The position numbers and the translations under genes are program-made. This document shows, in pieces, positions 48,459 through 60,359 of a stretch of 64,000 bases of DNA. The stretch comes from Alphaproteobacteria bacterium (lineage in GTDB: Bacteria > Pseudomonadota > Alphaproteobacteria > UBA8366 > CAVOAK01). Position 1 is the stretch's first letter; each line of letters opens with the position of its first letter. The DNA is taken from the NCBI GenBank assembly GCA_963664465.2, contig CAXXSU010000008.1, forward strand, positions 2,070 through 66,069, in the 5' to 3' direction. Under the pieces are notes generated by a model that saw nothing but the letters and a program-made list of their open reading frames with translations, was not told where the DNA came from and made no database searches.

Positions 48459-49083
48459 CGCCCCCGGTCATGGTTACAAACCTCGCAGGGCCCAAATCTT
48501 CAGCATCAAAACCACCAGCTGTACGCCGCACTTTGACGATCTGCTGATGTTCCCGGTCATCGCCGATCGGCACAACCATGACTCCATCTGGTGTCAGCTG
48601 ATCGGCCAAAGTCGGTGGAATATCTGCGGCTGCCGCAGTTACAATTATGCGTGCAAACGGCGCTTGTTCCGGCCAGCCGAGCCCGCCATCACCGAGCTTG
48701 GTCGTAATGTTGTAGCGTTTTAGCGCCGAAAACCGTTTTTCCGCAGTAGCGAAAATATCGGGTGTGCGCTCGATCGTGTAGACGCGTCGTGCGAGGTAGG
48801 ACAGGACCGCGGTCTGATAGCCAGATCCTGTACCGACTTCGAGTACCTTCAAGCGATCGCCGACATCCAACGCCTGCGTCATCAGCGCTACAACATGCGG
48901 TTGGCTGATGGTTTGACCGAATCCGATCGGCAGAGCGACGTTCTCATACGCCTGGTCGATGAATGTTTTCGGCACGAATTCTTCCCGCGGCACTCGCTCC
49001 ATTGCGGCCAGTACGCGAGTGTCGCCAATTCCGCCGCGCCGCAGGTCCATGATGAAACGAATCTTTTGGCTAGCGAGCGTCAC
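48427..49083 (-). CDS. pcm: protein-L-isoaspartate O-methyltransferase
   Basis: VPREEFVP.., QTISQPHVVALM, VLEVGTGSGYQTAVL SAM motif. 218 aa. Confidence 0.92.
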   Translation of the reverse strand: MTLASQKIRFIMDLRRGGIGDTRVLAAMERVPREEFVPKTFIDQAYENVALPIGFGQTISQPHVVALMTQALDVGDRLKVLEVGTGSGYQTAVLSYLARRVYTIERTPDIFATAEKRFSALKRYNITTKLGDGGLGWPEQAPFARIIVTAAAADIPPTLADQLTPDGVMVVPIGDDREHQQIVKVRRTAGGFDAEDLGPARFVTMTGGVGDVERGAGW

Positions 49084-49862
49084 GAGAAGGCTTTTCTCAG
49101 CGTGCGCACCATCCCTCGATGCGTAAGGTCAACATGCAGCGGTGTGACCGCAATGTATCCATCGGCAATCGCATTATAGTCGGAATTCCGATGCAGCTTC
49201 CGGCGTTTTGACGGTCCAATCCAGTAATACCATTGTCCACGCGGGTCGGTCAGCTTGATAATGTCGTTTTCAGCTTCGAGTCGACCTTGATTGACGACGC
49301 GAGTTCCCTTCACCGACCCTGCCACAAGATTCGGAATGTTGACGTTCATGAAGACATCTGCAGGCCACGGATGGCAGGTAAGCTTGGCAATGACCTGCGG
49401 CGCGAAGTGTTCGGCCGTCGCCCATTTGGCTGGGTGGTCAGCCTCAACCTCGAGGCTGAGGGCGATCGCCGGAATGCCGAGAAGCGCCGCTTCCATGGCC
49501 GCCGCAACCGTGCCGGAATAGGTTACGTCCTCGCCAACATTCATTCCCCGGTTCACACCGGTTAAGACGAGATCGGGCGGTTTCGCGCCCATCACTTCGC
49601 CGATGGCGAACATAACGCAATCGGTTGGACTGCCATCGAGCGCATAGCGCTTCTTTGACAGTTTCCGCAGCCGCAGTGGCCGGTGCAGGGTCAGAGAATG
49701 GCTGGCGCCGCTCTGTTCGGTTTCCGGCGCAACAACCCAGACGTCGCTCGAAAGCTGCCGGGCAATACGCTCGAGTGTCTTCAGACCGGATGAACGGATA
49801 CCGTCGTCATTCGCCACGAGTATGCACGCTTTACTTAAATCCAGCGGTGGCTTGTGACTCAT
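49080..49862 (-). CDS. surE: 5'/3'-nucleotidase SurE
   Basis: [14 protein letters not shown].., [24 protein letters not shown]. 260 aa. 4-nt overlaps with both serS and pcm. Confidence 0.93.
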   Translation of the reverse strand: MSHKPPLDLSKACILVANDDGIRSSGLKTLERIARQLSSDVWVVAPETEQSGASHSLTLHRPLRLRKLSKKRYALDGSPTDCVMFAIGEVMGAKPPDLVLTGVNRGMNVGEDVTYSGTVAAAMEAALLGIPAIALSLEVEADHPAKWATAEHFAPQVIAKLTCHPWPADVFMNVNIPNLVAGSVKGTRVVNQGRLEAENDIIKLTDPRGQWYYWIGPSKRRKLHRNSDYNAIADGYIAVTPLHVDLTHRGMVRTLRKAFS

Positions 49863-51142
49863 GCTGCCGTATCGTTGGCGATTCGCTCGCGGCCGCTCAT
49901 ATAGGGCACCAGAACCTCCGGCAGAAGGATCGAGCCGTCTTCCTGCTGATAGTTTTCCAGCACTGCGATCAAGGTTCGGCCGACAGCAAGTCCTGAGCCA
50001 TTCAACGTGTGGACGAAACGCGTTCCTTTCTCACCGGGCGTTCGGAATCGGCCGCCCATACGCCGCGCCTGAAAGTCCCAGCAATTGGAACAGCTCGAGA
50101 TTTCCCGGTAGGCGTCCTGTCCGGGCAACCAGACTTCGATGTCGTAGGTTTTGCGTGCGCCGAAACCCATATCGCCGGTGCATAACGTCACCACTCGGTA
50201 GGCCAGTCCGAGCCGCTTCAAGACTTCCTCGGCGCACTCGGTCATGCGCTCCAATTCGGCCTCCGATTCGTCAGCATGGGTGATCGATACCAGCTCGACC
50301 TTGTTGAACTGGTGCTGTCGGATCATGCCGCGGGTGTCTTTTCCGGCCGCACCCGCTTCTGAGCGGAAACACGGTGTATGCGCGGTAACCCGGAGCGGCA
50401 GGTCTGCGGCGTCGAATATGGTGTCAGCGGCCAGCGCCGTCAAAGGTACCTCCGCCGTTGGGATCAACCAATAATCGTTTGTTGTACGGAATAGGTCGTC
50501 AACGAATTTGGGCAATTGTCCTGTGCCGTACATCGTGTCGTCGCGAACCAGGATGGGGGGTGCAATTTCCGTATAGCCGAATTCGCCCGTGTGCAGATCG
50601 AGCATGAACGCCGCCAGCGCGCGTTCGAGCCTAGCAAGAGCGCCCTTGAGCACCACGAAGCGCGCACCCGACAGTTTCGCCGCAGTCTCAAAGTCCATCA
50701 GGCCAAGCGCTTCACCCAGCTCATAATGCTGTTTTGGCGTGAAGCCAAAAATTGGCCGATCGCCAACTTCTCGCAGCAGCGCGTTCGAACTTTCATCGTC
50801 GCCATCGGGGACGTCCGGCGCCGGCAGGTTCGGCAGGCCCGCGAGGAGCGCCTCAAGATCGGACGCAAGCGCGCGCTCATCGACCTCGGCCTTGGAGATG
50901 TCTTCCTTCAAGCCTTGAACTTCTGCCACCAGGACAGCCGCGTCATCGCCTTTCTGCTTTGCCGCACCGATTTGACGCGAAGCCTCATTGCGACGATTGA
51001 GCATATCCTGTAACGCCGTTTGCGACGCTCTGCGCTTTGTGTCGATATCCAGCACTTGGCCGCTCAGCGGCTCAAGGCCGCGCCGTTTCAGGCCTCGATC
51101 GAATCCCTCCGGATCGTCGCGGATCGCTCTTATGTCATGCAT
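49859..51142 (-). CDS. serS: serine--tRNA ligase
   Basis: [12 protein letters not shown].. coiled-coil arm. Class II motifs [25 protein letters not shown] and [18 protein letters not shown]. Confidence 0.96.
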   Translation of the reverse strand: MHDIRAIRDDPEGFDRGLKRRGLEPLSGQVLDIDTKRRASQTALQDMLNRRNEASRQIGAAKQKGDDAAVLVAEVQGLKEDISKAEVDERALASDLEALLAGLPNLPAPDVPDGDDESSNALLREVGDRPIFGFTPKQHYELGEALGLMDFETAAKLSGARFVVLKGALARLERALAAFMLDLHTGEFGYTEIAPPILVRDDTMYGTGQLPKFVDDLFRTTNDYWLIPTAEVPLTALAADTIFDAADLPLRVTAHTPCFRSEAGAAGKDTRGMIRQHQFNKVELVSITHADESEAELERMTECAEEVLKRLGLAYRVVTLCTGDMGFGARKTYDIEVWLPGQDAYREISSCSNCWDFQARRMGGRFRTPGEKGTRFVHTLNGSGLAVGRTLIAVLENYQQEDGSILLPEVLVPYMSGRERIANDTAA

Positions 51143-51217
51143 TTCCTTGCCCTTACGCCGGCACTACCAACCCAGCCTCATTTGAAAATCGCGCGGGTGG
51201 CGGACGCGCGCCAACGG

Positions 51218-52030
51218 TCAATCGGCCGGCGAACTGTCCGACGAGTCGTCGGCATCGTCCTTCAACGTCTCGTCTTCCCGGCTCTTCTCGATCAGGCGTG
51301 CGCACCAGATCGATATTTCATATAGCAGAATTATTGGCACCGCGAGGCCGATCTGGCTCAAGGGATCGGGTGGCGTCAAAATCGCCGCCGCCACGAAGGC
51401 AAGGAGCACAGCATAGCGGCGCTTGCGCTTCAGCCCATCGCTGGTCGTGAACCCGACGCGGACCAACAGACTGAGCACAACCGGCAATTCGAAACTAAGA
51501 CCAAAGGCAAAGATCAACCGCATGACAAGCGCGAGATACTGATCGACCTTGGGCTCAAGCTCGATCGCCAGCAAGCCAGCCCCGCCAAATTGCTCGAAGC
51601 CGGCAAAGAACTGCCAAGCGATCGGCAGCACCAGGTAGTAAACAAAGGCACCGCCAATGAAAAAAAGGATCGGCGCGGCGATGAGAAACGGCAGGAAGGC
51701 CATCTTCTCGCGCTTGTAGAGGCCCGGCGCGACAAAGGTCCATAGCTGCGCCGAGATCAAAGGAAACGAGACAAAGAGCGCGGCAAAGAACGCCACTTTC
51801 ACGTCGGTGAAAAACTTTTCATGCAGTGCCGTAAATATGAGGCGGCGATCCGGATCGCCCTGCCACAAGTCGGCCAAGGGCGCGACAAGGAAGTTGAAGA
51901 GTGGAGCGGCAAAGAAGAAGCAAACAAAGAAGGCTATGACGAAGCCGATGACCGAATAAAGCAGCCGTGACCTGAGCTCGGTCAAATGCTCAAGCAACGG
52001 CATCTTGTGGTCTTCAATACCCTCCGTCAC
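51218..52030 (-). CDS. tatC: twin-arginine translocase subunit TatC
   Basis: MPLLEHLTELRSRLLYS.. and a six-helix pattern with the FELPVV motif. 270 aa. Confidence 0.93.
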   Translation of the reverse strand: MTEGIEDHKMPLLEHLTELRSRLLYSVIGFVIAFFVCFFFAAPLFNFLVAPLADLWQGDPDRRLIFTALHEKFFTDVKVAFFAALFVSFPLISAQLWTFVAPGLYKREKMAFLPFLIAAPILFFIGGAFVYYLVLPIAWQFFAGFEQFGGAGLLAIELEPKVDQYLALVMRLIFAFGLSFELPVVLSLLVRVGFTTSDGLKRKRRYAVLLAFVAAAILTPPDPLSQIGLAVPIILLYEISIWCARLIEKSREDETLKDDADDSSDSSPAD

Positions 52031-52032
52031 GG

Positions 52033-52533
52033 CTATACGACTCCGCCGGTGCGTTCGGGTGCCGCATCCAAGTCATCGTCCTGACCCGCTGACTGTTCCG
52101 CCGCTACCGGTTCTTTGGAAATCGCTTCCGTTGGTTTGACGTCCCCAGCGTCCGTCCCTTCCAGCGCATCATCCGCTGGTGCGGGCTCTGCGATAGCCGT
52201 CGCCTTGTCCAGTATCTGCCCTTCTTCGACAGGCGTTATCGCGTCTTCGAGACCCTGCACTGCACCCTTGAAGTCGCCAGTCGGATCAACGGAGTCGATT
52301 AGGGACTGAGATATATCGGTCTTGGTCGTCTCCTCCAGCTCCTTGCGGAGTTCCTGGAGCTCGCTCTCGCGGATAACATCTTCGATGCCGCTTTGGAATT
52401 CCCGCGCCATGTCCTTGACCTTGCGGAACCAATAGGACGCTGTCCGCAAGACGCGCGGCAACTCCTTTGGGCCGACCACGATAACGGCGACGACCGCAAT
52501 GAGGAAAATCTCTTGCCAGCCCATGCCCAGCAT
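52033..52533 (-). CDS. tatB: twin-arginine translocase subunit TatB
   Basis: MLGMGWQEIFLIAVVAVIVVGPKELPRVLR.. amphipathic helix and an acidic tail. Located between tatA and tatC. Confidence 0.82.
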   Translation of the reverse strand: MLGMGWQEIFLIAVVAVIVVGPKELPRVLRTASYWFRKVKDMAREFQSGIEDVIRESELQELRKELEETTKTDISQSLIDSVDPTGDFKGAVQGLEDAITPVEEGQILDKATAIAEPAPADDALEGTDAGDVKPTEAISKEPVAAEQSAGQDDDLDAAPERTGGVV

Positions 52534-52579
52534 CGCGGTCCCTCATTTTCCGCAGCGAAGCAAAGCTGCGGACCGGTGC

Positions 52580-52819
52580 TCAGCCGTTGGCTGCCTGGTC
52601 TTTCTCGACTGTGCTGGCAACACCGGCGTCAGCGGAATCGGATGAAATCGTCCGCGGCGAATCCTGCGCGATGGATTCGTCTTCTTTCACGCCGCTCTTG
52701 AACGACTTAAGTCCTTTGCCGAAATCGCCCATCAGGCGAGAAAGCTTGCCGCCTCCGCCAAACAGAATAAGGACGACCGCCAGCACGATCAGCCAATGCC
52801 AAATACTGAAAGAACCCAT
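52580..52819 (-). CDS. tatA: twin-arginine translocase subunit TatA
   Basis: [41 protein letters not shown]. 79 aa. Confidence 0.88.
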   Translation of the reverse strand: MGSFSIWHWLIVLAVVLILFGGGGKLSRLMGDFGKGLKSFKSGVKEDESIAQDSPRTISSDSADAGVASTVEKDQAANG

Positions 52820-53000
52820 ATCCCATAAATCCTTATTTTACTTGGCCGTTTGGCCCGTCCGGTCGCGGATAATCGCAGAATCAGCGCCCACCCGCAATGC
52901 CACCACGCGTGCGCGGTCGCATCCATTCCAATCATGTAGCTCTATTTGGCTGATTTTAAAGGGAAAAGGCGAATTTAACACCACGGCGCCAAGCCCGGCG

Positions 53001-53663
53001 TCAGGGCCGGTTATCTTCGTCGAGGCTTATGGCTTCGTCGTCTTCTACAGCATCGAACGGTAGCTCGCCGCCGCCATCCTCATCGCTATCAGATTGTTCC
53101 TCACCCTCGGGGCCACCCGTAATCGCAGACCAAACTTGGTGACTGTCCAGCAGCCCCGCGGCCCTCAACTCCTCCAGTCCTGGGAGTGCGTCCAGGCTCT
53201 CGAGCCCAAACTGGTCGAGAAAAGCGTCCGCTGTCCCCCATGTGACCGGACGGCCCGGGCTGCGCCGCCGGCCGCGTGGTCTGATCCAGCCAAGTTCAAG
53301 CAAGATATCAAGGGTGCCGCGCCCCAAACTCACGCCCCGCATTTCCTCGATCTCAGCCCGCGTGATCGGCTGATGGTAGGCAATGATGCCAAGGGTTTCC
53401 ACCGCAGCACGGGACAATCGGCGCGGCAATGATACCTCGAGCCGCAAGAACGACGTCAGATCCGACGCCGTACGAAATGCCCAACGCTCGCCGCTACGCA
53501 CCAGGTTAACGCCGCGCGCGGAATACTGAGACTGCAGCGCTTCGAGCAAACTTGGCAAATCCGCACTCTCGGGCAAACGTTGCGCAAGAGCACGTTCCCG
53601 CAGCGGCTCGGCGCTGGCGAACAGCACGGCCTCGAGAATTCGAAGCATCTGCGCCTGTTCCAC
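53001..53663 (-). CDS. scpB: segregation and condensation protein B
   Basis: LRILEAVLFASAEPL.., ETLGIIAYHQPITRAEIEEMRGV winged-helix blocks. Follows scpA. Confidence 0.85.
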   Translation of the reverse strand: MEQAQMLRILEAVLFASAEPLRERALAQRLPESADLPSLLEALQSQYSARGVNLVRSGERWAFRTASDLTSFLRLEVSLPRRLSRAAVETLGIIAYHQPITRAEIEEMRGVSLGRGTLDILLELGWIRPRGRRRSPGRPVTWGTADAFLDQFGLESLDALPGLEELRAAGLLDSHQVWSAITGGPEGEEQSDSDEDGGGELPFDAVEDDEAISLDEDNRP

Positions 53664-53666
53664 CGG

Positions 53667-54521
53667 TTAGTCCCCCTTGCCCTTCGAGACGGCAGCAGCT
53701 GCCCGCAGATATATCGGCGCAAATGGCCCCGCTTGCCGCATCTCGACCTGACCCTGGCGAACAAGTTCTAGGCTTGCCGCAAACGTTGCAGCCAGCATCG
53801 ACCGCCCGACAATGCCCGGTTGCAAATCTTCCGGCAAGAACGCAGCGAGACTCGTCCAATTGGGAACCTCGGACACCATGCCCGTAAGCCGCCGCAGGGC
53901 CTCTTCCATCGAGAAGAGCTCCATCGGCGCAATGTGAAGCGTGGCCGCCGACATCCTGCCGCGTTGATCGGCATAGGCGCGGAGAATGTCAAAGAGTGAG
54001 ACGTCGATGACGTAGTGCTTGTCCGTCGCGAATGTCTCCGGCATGCCGCGCGGGAAGACGTCGCGGCCGAGACGTGGGCGTTCCAGGAGCCGCCGACCGG
54101 CCTTTTGCATAGCCTCCAGTCGCTGCAGCTGGAACCGAAGCATCATCGCGAGTTCCGCTCCGCTGGGCTCTTCCTCACCTGGCGGCGGAGGCAACAACAG
54201 TCGAGATTTCAAGTAGGCAAGCCAAGCAGCCATCACCAAATAGTCTGCAGCCACCTCAAGCTGCAGCTGACGCATCTCGGTCACGAATGCAAGGTACTGG
54301 TCGGCTAAAGCGAGAATCGAAATCTTGGCGAGATCGAGCTTTTGCTCGCGGGCGAGTGTCAGCAGGACGTCAATCGGCCCCTCATATCCGTCGAGATCGA
54401 GCACGAGTTGAGCGTCTCGATGCTCAACGTAGTCCGGTCGATCGTCTTCGAACGGCTCGACGTCGTCGTTAGGGGTATCAACCGATTGCATATGCAAACC
54501 TAGCAGACCGTTGACCACCAA
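53667..54521 (-). CDS. scpA: segregation and condensation protein A
   Basis: LDLDGYEGPIDVLLTLAREQKLDLAKISILALADQYLAF kleisin N-terminal block. 284 aa. Confidence 0.85.
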   Translation of the reverse strand: MVVNGLLGLHMQSVDTPNDDVEPFEDDRPDYVEHRDAQLVLDLDGYEGPIDVLLTLAREQKLDLAKISILALADQYLAFVTEMRQLQLEVAADYLVMAAWLAYLKSRLLLPPPPGEEEPSGAELAMMLRFQLQRLEAMQKAGRRLLERPRLGRDVFPRGMPETFATDKHYVIDVSLFDILRAYADQRGRMSAATLHIAPMELFSMEEALRRLTGMVSEVPNWTSLAAFLPEDLQPGIVGRSMLAATFAASLELVRQGQVEMRQAGPFAPIYLRAAAAVSKGKGD

Positions 54522-54595
54522 TTACCACATTCTTCAATCGCGGCAATGGTCGCGTGAACCTGAGCATCGCTCGCAAAGACGAAGCGCACCACACA

Positions 54596-55309
54596 TTATC
54601 GCGCACCGGTTAGGACAGTTATTGCATTGGTTAGAAAATTCACCGGTTCCATGATGAGCCAGACGAAAATATTGAGGTCGGCGCCAACGAATCTGCCAAT
54701 CGCCGGCAGAATGAAAATGAAAGCGATGATGATGAAGAAACCATGCCGTTCGAGCTTAGCGAGCGGTCGGGCGAGCGCATCTGGAAGCAGGCCGACGGCA
54801 ACCCGCCCGCCGTCAAGCGGCGGCAGCGGCAGCATGTTGAAGACCGCTAGGACGATATTCAGCACCAACGAGTTCGAGAGGTTTCGCGCTGCCCAAAGCT
54901 GCATCGATTCCGGCAAGAAAGCTACAACGTGGAACAGCAGCGCCGAGATAATCGCCAGACCCAAATTGGTCGCTGGCCCGGCAGCGGCGACGAGAACCAT
55001 GTCGCGGCGCGGAGACCGCAGCCGGCTGAAATTCACGGGTACCGGTTTTGCCCAGCCAAACAGAAACGGTGCGCGCGCAATTACCAGCAACGCCGGCAGG
55101 ATGATGGTCCCCATCCCGTCGATATGGCGCAGCGGATTGAAGCTTACGCGGCCCTGCCTATAGGCCGTGTCATCACCAAGTTTCCACGCAACCCAACCGT
55201 GAGCCGCCTCGTGCAACGTGATGGCAAGGAGGATTGGTAACGCCCAGAGCGAAGCGGTGTAGGCAAGCTGAACAAGTATATCCGGACCCATCGCTAAACT
55301 TCCCTTCAA
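54596..55309 (-). CDS. site-2 protease family (M50) membrane metalloprotease
   Basis: LHEAAHGWVA HExxH motif in a TM helix, and NMLPLPPLDGGRV second motif. 237 aa. Confidence 0.82.
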   Translation of the reverse strand: MKGSLAMGPDILVQLAYTASLWALPILLAITLHEAAHGWVAWKLGDDTAYRQGRVSFNPLRHIDGMGTIILPALLVIARAPFLFGWAKPVPVNFSRLRSPRRDMVLVAAAGPATNLGLAIISALLFHVVAFLPESMQLWAARNLSNSLVLNIVLAVFNMLPLPPLDGGRVAVGLLPDALARPLAKLERHGFFIIIAFIFILPAIGRFVGADLNIFVWLIMEPVNFLTNAITVLTGAR

Positions 55310-56352
55310 GCCCGCGCGAGCAGGGAATCGCGGCGCTTCACCAAGATATCCGCTGAGGGCAAGGCGTCAGCTTGCGCCGCGCTAAGGAGCTGCTTTGCCG
55401 CTGCCCATCGCTGAAGCGCCATGTCGCTGATCGGCGCACATGCCGAAGCAAGTGATTTCATTTCGGCCAAGTCGGCGTTGCAGTGGAGCACAATGTCGCA
55501 TCCGGCCTGCAACGCTGCCACCGACCGCGCACCGATTTCGGCATCAATCGCGTCAAGCGCGTGCATGGATATATCGTCGGAGAGCAATAGACCCTTGAAT
55601 CCGATCTCTTTGCGGATCACGTCTTCGATCACCGATGCCGACACCGTCGCCGGCGTCGTGCCATCGATATCGGTGTAGCTGACATGTGCCGTCATCGCCA
55701 ATGGTATGTCGCGGAGACTGCGAAATGGCAGAAAATCCAGTTCACCGAGCGCCGACCTCGCCAGCTCGACGATGGGTAAGGCCTGGTGGCTATCGACCGA
55801 TGCGTGTCCGTGGCCGGGAATGTGTTTGAGGACAGGCAGCACGCCGCTCGCCAACATGCCATCGCAGAAAGCGCGACCCAGTTTCGCCACGATTGACGGA
55901 TCATTCGAAAATGCGCGGTCGCCGATCACCCCATGCGCTCCGTCGACTGCGAGGTCCAAGACCGGCGCGCAATCGACAGTGATCCCAAGCGCATTAAGTT
56001 CATAGGCGATCAGGCATGCCTGCGCGTAAACCGCCTCACACGCAGCCTCTGCACTGTCTTGAGCAAGCCTGCCAAACCGCGCCGCTGGCGGAAATTCCGC
56101 CCAGTGTGGCGGTCCGAGTCGCGCCACGCGGCCGCCCTCCTGATCGATGAATATAGGCGCGTCACTTCGTCCCGCCGCAGCGCGAAGTTGACCGACGAGC
56201 ACTCCTACCTGGTCCGGAGCTTCGATATTGCGGCTGAATAGGATGAAGCCGAAGGGCGCGCACCGCTCGAAGAACGCAGCCTCGTCCGCACCGAGCGTTG
56301 GGCCGGCGCATCCGAAAATGACGGCAAGCGGTCCCGAGCTAGGGTTGGACAA
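55306..56352 (-). CDS. nagZ: beta-N-acetylhexosaminidase (GH3)
   Basis: IDQEGGRVARL, KHIPGHGHASVDSHQALP, LLSDDISM blocks. Start placed at TTG 56352 ([14 protein letters not shown]), overlapping the upstream SPOR gene stop. The raw ORF opens at 56469. Confidence 0.85.
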   Translation of the reverse strand: MSNPSSGPLAVIFGCAGPTLGADEAAFFERCAPFGFILFSRNIEAPDQVGVLVGQLRAAAGRSDAPIFIDQEGGRVARLGPPHWAEFPPAARFGRLAQDSAEAACEAVYAQACLIAYELNALGITVDCAPVLDLAVDGAHGVIGDRAFSNDPSIVAKLGRAFCDGMLASGVLPVLKHIPGHGHASVDSHQALPIVELARSALGELDFLPFRSLRDIPLAMTAHVSYTDIDGTTPATVSASVIEDVIRKEIGFKGLLLSDDISMHALDAIDAEIGARSVAALQAGCDIVLHCNADLAEMKSLASACAPISDMALQRWAAAKQLLSAAQADALPSADILVKRRDSLLARA

Positions 56353-57220
56353 CCAGACACCCCACCTTGCGCTGCTTGAGCTTCTCGCATAGCGCGCTGG
56401 CCGCCTCACGGCTTGGCAGCGGTCCGGCCTGAACCCGGTAAAACGTACCCCGGCTGCCGAGATCCGCACGAAACACGACCAGCGTGAGGCTTCCGAGAAT
56501 ATCCTTGTGCTGTTCTGAACGTCGGCTCCACTCGATGTTCGCCGCTTCCGGGTTGGTCATCGAGGCAATCTGAATACGAAATGCCGACTTCGTGACGACC
56601 TGGGGCGATGCTGCGGCTGCCGGCACTGGTGGCTTCGCTGCGTCGACAGACAAAGCAGCCGTTTGTTGAGGTTGAGTTGCCAATCTTGCCGGCGGAGAAA
56701 CGGCTTTGGGTGCTGCCGGTGGCGTCGCCGCCGCAACAGACGCGGCCGACGGCACCGGTGGCGGCAGAGTAGCAACGGATTGATCGGCACTCGCGATGGC
56801 GGCGGGGACCGAAAGCTTTGGCGGCGCCACCGGCACTGCGGCCGGAGGCGGCGGCGCGCTCACCGTGGGCTTTGGTAGCGGTGTTTCAGGTGGCGGTAGC
56901 AATCGTTCTACGACTTCACCGACCTGTTGCTTACCAATCTGGTTGTAAACAAGCTTGTCCTGGTGTGGCACCTCCAGCCCGCCGGGACTTTGCGGTGGCA
57001 CTTTGCTCGGACCCACGGCCCTCAAGACCGGCGCAGACTCTTCGCTGCCTTCTTGGATGCCCTGATTGTAGGCGTAAACCACGATCACGGCGAAACTCAT
57101 CAGGGCGATGAAGGCGACAATCGCCGGTAGGAGCTTTGATGATTTTTTCGCCAGCGCAGCAGTCTTGCCATCAATCTCCGCGAGTTCGGCGTCCAGCGAA
57201 TCAAAATCGGACGGCATCAA
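56339..57220 (-). CDS. SPOR domain-containing membrane protein
   Basis: N-terminal TM helix ([22 protein letters not shown]), a long Pro/Ala-rich linker, and a C-terminal SPOR fold ([35 protein letters not shown]). Confidence 0.78.
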   Translation of the reverse strand: MMPSDFDSLDAELAEIDGKTAALAKKSSKLLPAIVAFIALMSFAVIVVYAYNQGIQEGSEESAPVLRAVGPSKVPPQSPGGLEVPHQDKLVYNQIGKQQVGEVVERLLPPPETPLPKPTVSAPPPPAAVPVAPPKLSVPAAIASADQSVATLPPPVPSAASVAAATPPAAPKAVSPPARLATQPQQTAALSVDAAKPPVPAAAASPQVVTKSAFRIQIASMTNPEAANIEWSRRSEQHKDILGSLTLVVFRADLGSRGTFYRVQAGPLPSREAASALCEKLKQRKVGCLVVQP

Positions 57221-58971
57221 CGCATCTCCTCTACCGGCGCGACACCCATTATCCCAAGCCCCGACGCAATCACCGTTTCAACTCCCCTGACCAGGGCAAG
57301 GCGTGCGGCCGTTAACGTCTCATCCTCCTCGACGATGAAGCGCAAGGATGGCTCATCCTTGCCCTTTGTCCAAAGTCCATGAAATGCCGCTGCAAGATCA
57401 TAAAGGTAGAATGCCACCCTGTGTGGCTCATGAGCCTCCGCCGCCGCCTCGACGAGCTGGGGCCAAGCCGCCAGCGTCTTGATGAGACCAAGCTCCGACT
57501 CATCCGTCAAGCGGCCGAGATCGGCGGCAGCCAGCGCTTCACATTCGATATCGATTCGCTCGAAGGCAGCCTTCGCCATTCGCAACACCGACCGGCAGCG
57601 CGCGTGCGCATACTGCACATAAAAGACCGGATTCTCGCGCGATTGTTCGGTCGCCTGCGTCAGATCGAACTCTAGCTGCGCGTCATTCCTGCGCGTCAGC
57701 ATGATGAAGCGCACAACGTCGCGTCCAACCCGGTCGACAAGATCCTGCAGCGTGATGAATGTGCCCGCGCGCTTCGACATCTTCACGGGTTGCCCACGCT
57801 CCATCAGTTTAACGATCTGACAAATCTTCACGTCGACGACCGCTTGGCCGTCGGTCAAAGCTTTCATGGCAGCCTGCATACGCTTGACGTATCCGCCGTG
57901 ATCCGCGCCCCAGACGTTGATCAGCGTTGGCGATCCGCGTTGAAACTTGTCCAGATGATAGGCGATGTCGGCCGCGAAATAAGTCCAGCTGCCATCCGAT
58001 TTCTTGAGCGGCCGGTCCGTGTCGTCGCCAAACGTAGTCGCCTTGAATAGCGTCTGCGGCCGCGGCTCCCAGTCTTCAGGTTGCTTGCCCTTGGGCGCTT
58101 CCAGCGTTCCCGTATAGAGAAGTCCCTTTTCTTCGAGGATTTTGAGCGCCTGATCCACGCGACCGGCATCGACGATTGCCCGTTCCGATGTAAACACATC
58201 ATGACGGACACCGAGTCGATCTAGGTCGCTAACGATCAGCGCCATCATCCGATCGACGGCAAACTCGCGAATCTCGGCAAGCCACTCCTGTTCCGGTTTG
58301 CCACGCCAACGATCCGCATGTTTCTCGGCGAGATCGCGCCCAATGGGTACCAAATAGTCGCCAGGGTAGAGATTATCGGGAAATGGCCCGATGTCCTCGC
58401 CCAGCGCCTCGCAGTAGCGCAGAAAAACGGAGCGCGCGAGCGCGTCGACCTGAGCGCCCGCATCGTTGACATAGTATTCGCGGCGCACTTCGTAGCCCGC
58501 TTTTTCCAACAGCAAGCAAAGCGCATCGCCGACAACCGCGCCGCGGGCATGGCCAACATGCAGCGGTCCGGTCGGATTCGTTGAGACAAACTCGACATTG
58601 ACGTGCTGACCACGCCCGATTTCCGAGTCACCGTACGCCACACCGGTACGCAGAATTGCACCCAGGCAATCGCGCCATACCTCATCGGTCAGCCGCGCAT
58701 TGATAAAGCCGGGACCAGCGACCTCCGCTACACATACCAACGGAGAATCCGTCAGGTGTTCGCTAATCAAAGCGGCGAGATCACGCGGCTTCATAGCGGC
58801 GGGCTTGGCCAGAACCAAGGCCGCGTTGGTCGAAAGGTCGCCGTGCGCGGGGTCACGCGGCGCTTCGACGCTGATGCTTGAGGAATCGAGACCCGAAGGC
58901 ACCATGCCTGCCTCGGCTAATCTTTCGATCAACTCCTCAATTTTATCTCGAAACGTATTGTAAATATTCAT
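57217..58971 (-). CDS. argS: arginine--tRNA ligase
   Basis: [19 protein letters not shown] (HIGH), the MSKRAG (KMSK-like) loop and a DALR anticodon-binding C-terminus. 584 aa. Confidence 0.96.
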   Translation of the reverse strand: MNIYNTFRDKIEELIERLAEAGMVPSGLDSSSISVEAPRDPAHGDLSTNAALVLAKPAAMKPRDLAALISEHLTDSPLVCVAEVAGPGFINARLTDEVWRDCLGAILRTGVAYGDSEIGRGQHVNVEFVSTNPTGPLHVGHARGAVVGDALCLLLEKAGYEVRREYYVNDAGAQVDALARSVFLRYCEALGEDIGPFPDNLYPGDYLVPIGRDLAEKHADRWRGKPEQEWLAEIREFAVDRMMALIVSDLDRLGVRHDVFTSERAIVDAGRVDQALKILEEKGLLYTGTLEAPKGKQPEDWEPRPQTLFKATTFGDDTDRPLKKSDGSWTYFAADIAYHLDKFQRGSPTLINVWGADHGGYVKRMQAAMKALTDGQAVVDVKICQIVKLMERGQPVKMSKRAGTFITLQDLVDRVGRDVVRFIMLTRRNDAQLEFDLTQATEQSRENPVFYVQYAHARCRSVLRMAKAAFERIDIECEALAAADLGRLTDESELGLIKTLAAWPQLVEAAAEAHEPHRVAFYLYDLAAAFHGLWTKGKDEPSLRFIVEEDETLTAARLALVRGVETVIASGLGIMGVAPVEEMR

Positions 58972-60167
58972 TTTTCTAAAATATCTACACCAAATATTCT
59001 GGCATGTTTATCGAACGCGTAGCGATCGGTCATACCGGCAATATAATCGGCGACGATGCGGGCTGTCGCCGCCGATTTGGGTGCGGTGGCGGCTTCGTTC
59101 CACTCGCTCGGCATGAGGGAGGGTTGCTCAAGCATGCGCTCGAACAGATCGGTCACGACGTGACGCGTCACCTCTCTCATGCGCGCGACCGATTCGTGCC
59201 GGTACAAATGTTTGTACAAAAATGATTTGAGACGCCGATCTGCCTCCGACATCTCGGCCGAGAATGCGACAACCGGTTGCCTCGCGGCCCGTATGTCTTC
59301 AACCGACCGCGGGTTCAGCTCTTCGATCCGGCGTCTGGATTCATCCAGCACATCGTTTACCATACCATTGATCAGCCGGCGTACCGCCTCGTGGATCAAA
59401 CGCGAACGCTCAATGTCGGGATACTTTTCGCGTACCGCGCGAACGACTACGGCGACATGCGGCACCTGAGTCAAATCGTCGATGCTGAACAAGCCTGCCC
59501 GGAGACCATCGTCGATATCGTGGTTGTTGTAAGCGATGTCATCGGCAAGTGCGGCTACCTGAGCTTCTGGTCCAGCGAAGCTATATAGTTCCAAATCATT
59601 GATTTTATTGTATTCACCTAGCGTCAGCGGCAAATCCACGGCCTCCACACGATGCGCATCGGTCGCATGGCCGTGCGTCTTCGGCACCACTGGCCCATTG
59701 TGCTTGGCAATCCCCTCAATCGTCTCCCAGGTCAAGTTAAGGCCGTCGAACTCGGCATACCGTTTCTCAAGCTTTACCAGGATGCGTAGCGTCTGATCGT
59801 TGTGATCGAAGCCGCCGTAGGGCTGCATGACCGAGTTCAGCGCGTCTTCGCCAGTATGGCCAAACGGCGTATGGCCAAAGTCATGTGCCAGGGCCAATGC
59901 CTCGGCCAGATCTTCGTTCAGCGACAGACTACGGCACAAACCGCGGGCAATTTGTGAAACCTCGATGCTGTGGGTCAACCGCGTCCGGTAATGATCGCCC
60001 TCGGTACTGACGAAGACTTGCGTCTTGTGCATGAGCCGGCGGAAGGCCGTGGAATGTATGATGCGGTCGCGGTCGCGCTGGAAGACGCTTCTCGTTGTGC
60101 TCTCTGGCTCAGGGTGAAGGCGTCCTCGGCTTTCCTCCGGCCGGCTGGCGTAGGGTGTGCCGCTCAT
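58968..60167 (-). CDS. dgt: deoxyguanosinetriphosphate triphosphohydrolase-like HD-domain protein
   Basis: [17 protein letters not shown].., [25 protein letters not shown]. Start placed at ATG 60167; the ORF opens at 60227. Confidence 0.88.
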   Translation of the reverse strand: MSGTPYASRPEESRGRLHPEPESTTRSVFQRDRDRIIHSTAFRRLMHKTQVFVSTEGDHYRTRLTHSIEVSQIARGLCRSLSLNEDLAEALALAHDFGHTPFGHTGEDALNSVMQPYGGFDHNDQTLRILVKLEKRYAEFDGLNLTWETIEGIAKHNGPVVPKTHGHATDAHRVEAVDLPLTLGEYNKINDLELYSFAGPEAQVAALADDIAYNNHDIDDGLRAGLFSIDDLTQVPHVAVVVRAVREKYPDIERSRLIHEAVRRLINGMVNDVLDESRRRIEELNPRSVEDIRAARQPVVAFSAEMSEADRRLKSFLYKHLYRHESVARMREVTRHVVTDLFERMLEQPSLMPSEWNEAATAPKSAATARIVADYIAGMTDRYAFDKHARIFGVDILEK

Positions 60168-60359
60168 GCGCCGGAGATTACGCGTCGGTCGCGGCAAAAT
60201 ACAACGATCCCGTGTGGGCAGATGCAAAACTCCCGGGAATCTTGGCGATGAGGCGGGCCGGCGATGGTCTCCAGGGATTGAATATCGCGCAGATAGGATT
60301 ACATATCACTTTGGAGTCGTTATAATGAGCGCGGCAAAGAGCTGGCCCGGATTAGACTG

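Noticed and set aside
56560-56900. Repetitive Pro/Ala-rich coding stretch that looks like DNA repeats.
   Set aside because: It is the low-complexity linker of the SPOR-domain protein, and I could define no discrete repeat unit.
48427-60167. Chains of 4-nt start/stop overlaps (serS-surE-pcm and dgt-argS-SPOR-nagZ-S2P).
   Set aside because: This is ordinary translational coupling in compact housekeeping operons and is not unusual.
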